Assembly (NCBI GenBank): GCA_052279835.1
Contig: CP181291.1
Span: 4,256,001-4,320,000, forward strand
DNA: 64,000 bases
Origin: Microcoleus sp.
GTDB taxonomy: Bacteria; Cyanobacteriota; Cyanobacteriia; Cyanobacteriales; Microcoleaceae
Direction: 5' to 3'
The notes under the pieces are model-generated. The model saw only the letters and a list, made by a program, of their open reading frames with translations, searched no databases and had not been told where the DNA came from. Positions 57,267-64,000 of the stretch are shown here, piece by piece. The position numbers were made by a program, and so were the translations under genes. How positions within the stretch are numbered: position 1 is the stretch's first letter; the number at the start of each line of letters is the position of its first letter.

Positions 57267-59519
57267 ATGACCCCACCGCAGCCGCCCCACAAACCTCGAA
57301 CCGTCTTGGGTGCTATTACTCAAGCAGTCCAGACTATCGCCAAGGTTAATTTTAACCAGCTAGTGCTGAAACCGAATGCCAAAGTCCCCGAACTATGGGT
57401 GCAGGATGCCGGTGCTACCAAGGCCGAGGTTTATCCGCTATTGGGCGATCGATATCTTTTAGGTCGATCGTCCAAATCCTCTGATATTGTTATTCGCAAT
57501 CCCGTAGTCAGCCACCTACATTTATCCCTATCACGGGATACTACGCGCCGCACTCCTTTTGTCATCAAAGACGAAGGTTCTACCAACGGAATTTACCGCG
57601 GCAAAAGGCGAATTCAAAGTATGTCCCTGCGTCACGGCGATGTATTTACTTTAGGGCCACCAGAACTCGCCGCTGCTGTCAGAATTCAGTACATAGATCC
57701 GCCACCTTTGTATTCAGAAATTTTGCGCTACAGCTTTTATGGAATCAGCGGAGTCACGGCTTTAATCGGGATGGCGATCGGCATTGAATCGACCAAATTT
57801 CAAGTACGTCCTCTGCCGAGAAGTGTCAACGGGCCAGTGATTGTGTACGCCCGTGATGGTCAAACTCCCCTGCGTCCTCCTCAAAATAATGCTCACTTAG
57901 AATTAAAGAAATTACCCGATTTTTCTCCTTATTTAGCCAAGGCAGTCATGGCTTCAGAAGACAGTCGCTACTACTGGCATTTAGGAGTAGATCCCATCGG
58001 CGTTTTGCGTGCACTTTTAACCAATTTTCGTGGAGGCGGAATTCGCGAAGGAGGCAGCACTCTGACACAGCAATTAGCTAGGAGTTTGTTTCGAGATTAT
58101 GTGGGGACTCAAGATTCGGCGGGACGCAAATTGCGGGAAGCAGTAGTTGCATTAAAATTAGAAAGCTATTACAGCAAAGACGAGCTATTGCTGACTTATT
58201 TGAATCGCGTATTTTTGGGTATTGACCTGTATGGTTTTGAGGATGCAGCTCGGTTTTATTTTGGCAAATCTGCCAAGGATTTGAATTTATCAGAAGCGGC
58301 AACTTTAGCGGGAATTTTGCCCGCTCCCAATAGTTTTAACCCGATTCAAAATTATCAGTTGGCGGTGCAGTATCGCGATCGCGTAATCGAACGGATGCGG
58401 GCGATGGGTACAATTTCTCAGGAAGAAGCCGATCGCGCGAGGCGATCGCGAATTGAGATCAACCCAAAAGCGCGGGAATTTTTGCAAAGTACGATCGCTC
58501 CTTATTTCTACAGTTATGTATTTGACGAATTAGAATTTTTACTGGGGGAACAGTTAGCCAGAGAAGGTAATTTTATTGTAGAAACAGGCTTAAATCCCAC
58601 ACTCCAAAAAGTAGCAGAAAGTTCCCTCAGAAATGCTGTAGAAAATACAGGAGCAAGGGATGGTTTTTCCCAAGGAGCCGTGGTAACTCTCAACACAGCC
58701 ACTGGCGAAGTATTAGCTTTAGTTGGCGGTGTCAGTTATCTACAAAGTCAGTTTAACCGAGCTACCCAAGCCTTGAGACAACCAGGTTCTACCTTTAAGA
58801 TTTTCACCTATGCAGCCGCCCTAGAACGGGGAATTTCCGCCAATAAAGGTTACTCCTGCGAACCCCTTTCTTGGGGCGGACAAAGTTACAGTGGCTGCGA
58901 AAGAACTAGCGGTAGTGCAGATATGTATCGGGGTTTAGCACAGTCAGAAAATGCCATTGCTTTGCGAGTAGCCCAAGATGTTGGTTTAGACAATGTAGTG
59001 CGAATGGCGAAGCGTTTAGGAATCACTTCTCCCTTGCGTTCAACCCCTGGATTAGTATTAGGTGAAAGTGAAGTTAATGTATTGCAACTAACCGGGGCAT
59101 TTGGGGTTTTAGCCAATCGGGGCTTGGGCAATCGCCCCCATGTAATCAAGCGCATTATTGATAGCAGCGATTGCGAAGATAGAAAAAACTTTAAGAATTG
59201 TCGCGTGGTTTATGACTATCAAAAAGATGGAGTAGCCAATCAGCAATTAGTTTCGGAAGTCGTAGCAGATACCATGACAGATATGCTGCAAGGAGTGGTG
59301 CGGGGAGGTACCGGTAGCAGTGCGGCTTTGGGCTTGGGAGAAGCGGGCAAAACTGGCACGACTAATGATAACAAAGATTTGTGGTTTGTCGGTTATATTC
59401 CGAGTCAGCAATTGGTGACTGGAGTTTGGCTGGGAAATGATGATAATTCTCCAACTCAGGGAGGTAGTCGAGATGCGGCTCAATTGTGGGGGGATTATAT
59501 GCGACAAGTGGCGCGTTAA
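57267..59519 (+). CDS. FHA-domain class A penicillin-binding protein (PBP1A family)
   Basis: FHA LGRS..VSHLH..STNG; transglycosylase SEDSRY, GSTLTQQLAR, RKLRE; transpeptidase STFK, SEN, KTG. Confidence 0.93.
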   Translation: MTPPQPPHKPRTVLGAITQAVQTIAKVNFNQLVLKPNAKVPELWVQDAGATKAEVYPLLGDRYLLGRSSKSSDIVIRNPVVSHLHLSLSRDTTRRTPFVIKDEGSTNGIYRGKRRIQSMSLRHGDVFTLGPPELAAAVRIQYIDPPPLYSEILRYSFYGISGVTALIGMAIGIESTKFQVRPLPRSVNGPVIVYARDGQTPLRPPQNNAHLELKKLPDFSPYLAKAVMASEDSRYYWHLGVDPIGVLRALLTNFRGGGIREGGSTLTQQLARSLFRDYVGTQDSAGRKLREAVVALKLESYYSKDELLLTYLNRVFLGIDLYGFEDAARFYFGKSAKDLNLSEAATLAGILPAPNSFNPIQNYQLAVQYRDRVIERMRAMGTISQEEADRARRSRIEINPKAREFLQSTIAPYFYSYVFDELEFLLGEQLAREGNFIVETGLNPTLQKVAESSLRNAVENTGARDGFSQGAVVTLNTATGEVLALVGGVSYLQSQFNRATQALRQPGSTFKIFTYAAALERGISANKGYSCEPLSWGGQSYSGCERTSGSADMYRGLAQSENAIALRVAQDVGLDNVVRMAKRLGITSPLRSTPGLVLGESEVNVLQLTGAFGVLANRGLGNRPHVIKRIIDSSDCEDRKNFKNCRVVYDYQKDGVANQQLVSEVVADTMTDMLQGVVRGGTGSSAALGLGEAGKTGTTNDNKDLWFVGYIPSQQLVTGVWLGNDDNSPTQGGSRDAAQLWGDYMRQVAR

Positions 59520-59582
59520 TTCATCAGGAAATATCAAAGCCAGATTTGCTATAATTTGTGCGATCGGTAATTCCCAAAACCT

Positions 59583-60203
59583 ATGACTCTAGCTTTACCC
59601 AAGCTCGTAAACTTCGAGGAATTTGTGGAGTGGCTACCTGAAAATTCGACGGTACGCTACGAATTGCATAATGGAGATATTGTGGAGATGGCCCAACCAG
59701 TAGGCGAACACGAGGAAGTTACAGGCTTTCTGACAATCAAAATTTCCGCTCAAATCGATCGCCTGGGATTGCCATACAGTATCCCCAACAAAGTGATAGT
59801 TAGACCCCCTGAAAAAGATTCGGGTTATTTCCCGGATTTGTTGGTGCTGAATCGTGAAAATCTGGCCAACGAAACTTTATGGCAAAAACAATCTGTCCTG
59901 AGTTTGGGTGCATCGATACCTTTGGCGATCGAGGTTGTGTCAACTAATTGGCGGGATGATTATTATTTGAAATACGCTGATTATGAGGAGATGGGTATCC
60001 CTGAATATTGGATTGTGGATTATGCTGCGTTGGGTGGACGTAGTTTTATTGGCAATCCGAAACTACCGACAATTTCTGTGTGTAATTTGGTTGATGGTGA
60101 ATATCAAGTCCTCAAGTTTAGAGATAATGACAGAATTTTATCGCAATCTTTTCCCGATTTGAACTTGACTGCAAATCAGATTTTTGGGGCTGGTTTAGTG
60201 TAA
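59583..60203 (+). CDS. Uma2 family endonuclease
   Basis: YELHNGDIVEM, PDLLV, IEVVSTNWRDDY..K..Y..GIPEYWIVD. Confidence 0.9.
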   Translation: MTLALPKLVNFEEFVEWLPENSTVRYELHNGDIVEMAQPVGEHEEVTGFLTIKISAQIDRLGLPYSIPNKVIVRPPEKDSGYFPDLLVLNRENLANETLWQKQSVLSLGASIPLAIEVVSTNWRDDYYLKYADYEEMGIPEYWIVDYAALGGRSFIGNPKLPTISVCNLVDGEYQVLKFRDNDRILSQSFPDLNLTANQIFGAGLV

Positions 60204-60326
60204 GCTGATATTTTGTAAATTTGGATTTTTTTACCGCACAGGGCGCTCCTGAACGCAGAGTAAGATAAGAGAGGGATGACTCAATCCGATCTCTGTCAAT
60301 TTGAGATCGGAATATCGATATATGGA

Positions 60327-60998
60327 TCACAACAATCCGCGATAACGGATAAATACTAACATTACTGCCCAGGAACCCAAGGCGACTTTGAGTGCAACTA
60401 TGATATTGAGTAAGGGGAGAATTCCGCCGCTTAAAAGCGTGCCTAATTCTCCGTGGGGTAACTCATATCCAGAAAGAGTGATTACTGAGAGTACAATAAA
60501 AACCAGTACGGAAACCTTCTCCCAAGTCGCCGCGTGCCACTGTTTGTAGATGTCTTGCATCGCCTGGGGTGATGAGGTAATGGCGATGAGCCCGATCGCG
60601 GTTCCGCCCGCTACACCGGCTGCAAAACCACCGCCGGGACTTAAATGCCCCCGAATTGCTAATTCTACACCCACCAAGGCAGCAATGGTTGCTCCCAATC
60701 GTGCCAAAATAATCGATGGTCGATCGGTAAATTGATAAATCGCGCAGGAAGGCTGTTCATTTGCAAGTAGATAACTCGCGCCCAAAATGGCGATCGTAAA
60801 TACTACGACTTCAAAAATAGTATCATACAATCGGTTTCGCAAAATGATACCCGAAACCGCATTGGATACTCCACTATCTTGGACAACCAATTCGACGATA
60901 GAACTTTGCTGGGATAATAACTCGGCTGTGGGATTAGCGATCAGCAGCATTTTCACAAACAGCGCTATTCCAGCTACAATGTAAACCCATTTCATCAA
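60327..60998 (-). CDS. mrpB: Mrp/Mnh Na+/H+ antiporter subunit B
   Basis: NAVSGIILRNRLYDTIFE, GHLSPGGGFAAG. Confidence 0.88.
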   Translation of the reverse strand: MMKWVYIVAGIALFVKMLLIANPTAELLSQQSSIVELVVQDSGVSNAVSGIILRNRLYDTIFEVVVFTIAILGASYLLANEQPSCAIYQFTDRPSIILARLGATIAALVGVELAIRGHLSPGGGFAAGVAGGTAIGLIAITSSPQAMQDIYKQWHAATWEKVSVLVFIVLSVITLSGYELPHGELGTLLSGGILPLLNIIVALKVALGSWAVMLVFIRYRGLL

Positions 60999-61582
60999 TG
61001 CTTCTCCTCTACGTCTGGTGTATTTACATAGGTTAGGGTTGTCCGTGGTGATGCAAGTTCGGTTTGCATGATGTCATAGACGCGGCGAACTCTAATTACG
61101 GTGTTATAAGGTTGCACTTCCCCACTTTGTTCTAGTTGTTCTTGTGGGGAACAAACAGCATGAACTTCTTTTTCCATCAGCGCCCGCTCTAATGCTTGTG
61201 CACTCCCATAGGGAACCAATTCCAAACGCATATGGCGTTTCTTGAAAACTGCACGAAAGTCATCTATCACTTGCTGAAAATGACCTGTTTTTTTGTCATC
61301 TGAGACAACATCATTGTCTATCCCACCTTCGATGACACCCAAACGCAGCACCAGAGATGAACGCACCGTCACTGCATAAAGTGTAATCGCGAGTAGGGTG
61401 CCCATCAAGGCTTCGGTTAAGCCCACATCCCCCGCGCCCAAGATTGTATATACCAAAGCTGCGATCGCCCCCAATACACCTCGCAGCAGCAATGCGTGGT
61501 ATGGATTGACCTGAAACACCAGCATACCAGCAGCTAACGGGAGCAGAGCGACGAGGACATAAATATAGCTGTTATCGTTCAT
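60995..61582 (-). CDS. DUF4040 (MrpA C-terminal/MnhB-like) antiporter subunit
   Basis: LGAGDVGLTEALMG motif; operon context. Confidence 0.8.
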   Translation of the reverse strand: MNDNSYIYVLVALLPLAAGMLVFQVNPYHALLLRGVLGAIAALVYTILGAGDVGLTEALMGTLLAITLYAVTVRSSLVLRLGVIEGGIDNDVVSDDKKTGHFQQVIDDFRAVFKKRHMRLELVPYGSAQALERALMEKEVHAVCSPQEQLEQSGEVQPYNTVIRVRRVYDIMQTELASPRTTLTYVNTPDVEEKH

Positions 61583-61859
61583 AGTTACTCCCTGCATTGG
61601 AACAATAGGCTAATACATATCCCAGCATTGTATTCCATATTGCTAAGCAAATGAGGGCAAGAATTAGCAAAGGCCATTTATTGGGTATTTTCAGTAACAA
61701 TCCAACAACAATCAACATTGAGCCAAGGGTATCTGCTACCGAAAGACTGTGAAGTTTATATAAAACCGATCGCTTCCCCAGCAGATAAGAAGTACCCCAA
61801 AACCAGAAGAAAATTCCTATACCGATGCAGGTATAACTCAAAACATCTATTACAATCAT
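61572..61859 (-). CDS. mrpG: Mrp/Mnh antiporter subunit G
   Basis: KLHSLSVADTLG motif; three TM helices. Confidence 0.85.
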   Translation of the reverse strand: MIVIDVLSYTCIGIGIFFWFWGTSYLLGKRSVLYKLHSLSVADTLGSMLIVVGLLLKIPNKWPLLILALICLAIWNTMLGYVLAYCSNAGSNYER

Positions 61860-62119
61860 GCGTCACTAATACGTTTAATTATTTGTGCCAACAACATCAA
61901 TCCAGCATTACCCACACTGAGGATAATCGCCGCTACCACACCGATCATCCAATCATCGCGCCAGACAGATATAACCAGAGCAATGATTGCCGCCTTAGTT
62001 GAAATACTGGCAAAAGCCAACATTGTCTGCCAGATATCATCATCTTTCCATACCTCATACATCGGTATGAGCAGAGCCAAAATCATCAAAATCAAAATCA
62101 AGTTGTTCAAGTTCTGCAA
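61856..62119 (-). CDS. mrpF: Mrp/Mnh antiporter subunit F-like
   Basis: Small three-TM protein between mrpE and mrpG. Confidence 0.65.
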   Translation of the reverse strand: MQNLNNLILILMILALLIPMYEVWKDDDIWQTMLAFASISTKAAIIALVISVWRDDWMIGVVAAIILSVGNAGLMLLAQIIKRISDA

Positions 62120-62226
62120 TTATCTACCCTCCTAACTTAGCCCAATAAAAACTAGAAAGTTCCCTCTTCTCTTCCTCTGCGCCCTCTGCGCCCTCTGCGG
62201 TAAAAAAAATCCTCAAAAAACATCAG

Positions 62227-62610
62227 CTAATTACTAGAAGTCCGTCGCACCCGGTGCACTTCGTAAAAACCCTCTTCGTGGTAATTCACAACAATTGTTT
62301 TCGGTGTAAAAGTAATCAAAAACACATCAAGGAAGATTAACAAGGGCGATCGATGATTTGGTACTTTCTCCATAATCACATCTTCATGTCTGTGGGGACG
62401 GAAAATGAGTTCAAAAGCTTCTATATAAGCTATGGGAATCGCCATCAAAATTTTACCCAATACATCAAACCACTCCTTTAAAGGTTCTGGGGGTGCGTAG
62501 CTGCGGGGTAATAGGAAAGCGATGACAATGCCGATCGCAATATTTGCCAAACTAAAATCCGCAGTCAGTAAAAACCAGATGCTCAATCTTAATATGAGAT
62601 GTCCAATCAT
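62227..62610 (-). CDS. mrpE: Mrp/Mnh antiporter subunit E
   Basis: WFLLT..NIAIG, ITFTPKTIVV, EVH; ATG 62610 overlaps the mrpD stop. Confidence 0.85.
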   Translation of the reverse strand: MIGHLILRLSIWFLLTADFSLANIAIGIVIAFLLPRSYAPPEPLKEWFDVLGKILMAIPIAYIEAFELIFRPHRHEDVIMEKVPNHRSPLLIFLDVFLITFTPKTIVVNYHEEGFYEVHRVRRTSSN

Positions 62611-64000
62611 TTTGGTAATGCCATCCAGAATAGTAGAATTGAAATCAGACTCATAAAACCGACCAAATGATCGAATTCTTCTAGCATACGAGGCAGTTTG
62701 ATTGCCGTGCGTTGAAAAATCAAGAAATAGGCTAACCAACCAACAGCGATAGTGCCGATCGCCTTGAGCATATTTTCCAGCGTATAAGCCTCAACATAAA
62801 AAGCATTAGCTGCAATCAACCCACCCAGCAACAGCAACACAGCAGGCCAAAAACCAGGTTTTGCTTCCGCTTTGCCACCACGGGGTAGAAAGATGAATTT
62901 AGCAAAGGAAATTGCCGTCCCCACGGCTGCGACATTCATCGCGATCGCTTGCCAAGGTAATAAACTTTTCATCGTCAAAACTTTGGCCCCAAAGCCAACC
63001 AAAAAGGGGAAGCCAGAGATTGATAAGCTAGCAATAACTAAAGCAATCCAGATTTTGAGTTCGATCGGCTTCTGTTTCAATTCTTTCAGATTCCGGCTCG
63101 GTAACGAGCCAGCAATCAAAAACAGCGAAGATTTGACCAAACCGTGTGCCAGGGCATAAAAGCCGCCCACTTCCGGTGCAGCGAGAATAAAGCCCAACTG
63201 CGAAACCGTGTGAAAAGCCAACATCCGTTTGGTATCTTTTTCTAAAACGGCACAGGACACGCCCATTAGCGCCGTCCCGACCCCGAAAATCTCTACAATG
63301 GGAGCCACCTCATCCACCATGAGGGCGCAGCGCACGAGGGGATATACCCCCGCTTTCACCACAATTCCTGATAGCAAAGCCGACACTGGTGTTTCAGCTT
63401 CCGAGTGAGTTAACGGTAGCCATAGCCCGGATACAAACACGCCTCCTTTCACCAAAAGTCCCATAAAAATCAGAGCGATCGCCTCTGGGGGTGCTTTTGC
63501 TAATCCGGCAAAACTAAAGGAATAACTTGCTTTATAAACCAACACGGCACCGATGAGATAAAACAACATTGCCGTGTTGCTAATAAATAGATAGCGCAAC
63601 GCTACCCAAATAGAGCGATCGCTGCGAGGATAAGCAATCAACAAAAAAGCCGCAATCCCGCTGACTTCTAAGCCTACGTATAAACTGATAAAATCCGTAG
63701 AGGCAAAGGCGGCATTTAGACTGCCGTGCACCATCAGAATCTGTGCATAAAAAAATGCCGACTTATCTGTGGGCCAACAGTAGAGAACAACTGCTGCCGT
63801 GACTAGGGCATTGGTTAAGATAAAATAGCCACTCAAGCTATCGACTAGCAAAGTAACACTGAAATTATTTAGTAACTCCAGCGTCACCGCTGATGGTATC
63901 ACAAAAAGCTCGGCTGCAAAAGCAGCAGATACAATCGCTCCTAATAGGGCGAGATACTTGTCAAGCTTGGGCATCAAATAAATGATAAACCCGATAAAAA
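62607..64000 (-). CDS. mrpD: Mrp/Mnh antiporter subunit D (5' end beyond window)
   Basis: DFISLYVGLE, ALRYL, WLPLTHSEA..VSALLSGIVVK, KRMLAFHTVSQLG, HGLVKSSLF. Confidence 0.88.
   Translation of the reverse strand, partial: FIGFIIYLMPKLDKYLALLGAIVSAAFAAELFVIPSAVTLELLNNFSVTLLVDSLSGYFILTNALVTAAVVLYCWPTDKSAFFYAQILMVHGSLNAAFASTDFISLYVGLEVSGIAAFLLIAYPRSDRSIWVALRYLFISNTAMLFYLIGAVLVYKASYSFSFAGLAKAPPEAIALIFMGLLVKGGVFVSGLWLPLTHSEAETPVSALLSGIVVKAGVYPLVRCALMVDEVAPIVEIFGVGTALMGVSCAVLEKDTKRMLAFHTVSQLGFILAAPEVGGFYALAHGLVKSSLFLIAGSLPSRNLKELKQKPIELKIWIALVIASLSISGFPFLVGFGAKVLTMKSLLPWQAIAMNVAAVGTAISFAKFIFLPRGGKAEAKPGFWPAVLLLLGGLIAANAFYVEAYTLENMLKAIGTIAVGWLAYFLIFQRTAIKLPRMLEEFDHLVGFMSLISILLFWMALPK

Larger units (their letters stand above)
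1..64000. repeat. HIP1 octamer GCGATCGC dispersed across the window
   Basis: Very frequent, e.g. 435, 2123, 3347, 4220, 6716, 7126. Confidence 0.95.

Noticed and set aside
57267..57700. FHA-PBP1A fusion as a novelty
   Set aside because: Architecture already known in cyanobacteria
1..64000. tRNA/rRNA genes
   Set aside because: No cloverleaf or rRNA-like sequence recognised in intergenic regions by eye

Overview
Chromosomal window from a filamentous cyanobacterium. The Oscillatoriales/Microcoleaceae-like assignment is inferred from dense HIP1 GCGATCGC octamers, heptamer tandem repeats and gene content. Housekeeping genes (hpf, bcp, pheT, mtnP, avtA, miaE, malic enzyme, argS, PBP1A, mrp/mnh antiporter operon) alternate with signalling genes (three Ser/Thr kinases, three His kinases, a class III cyclase, TPR/GT41) and a large RTX-type surface protein. 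The main finding is a translationally coupled three-gene operon at 1322-11024 (- strand). Two paralogous ~1010-aa proteins, whose C-terminal ~400 aa read by eye like a divergent, catalytically dead Argonaute MID-PIWI module, flank a 1209-aa SF2 helicase with a putative N-terminal PD-(D/E)xK-like nuclease domain. This is a candidate DdmDE/pPIWI-RE-analogous defence system in an arrangement I do not recognise. Also present: a TnpB-only IS200/IS605 element with readable ends and predicted TGAC target motif, an orphan IS605 right end, a ~104-bp MITE family, nested repeat clusters, a MASE1 His kinase broken by a 204-bp tandem duplication, a palindromic repeat inserted in-frame in avtA, and several pseudogene relics. 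All domain calls are by-eye motif recognition; no searches were run.
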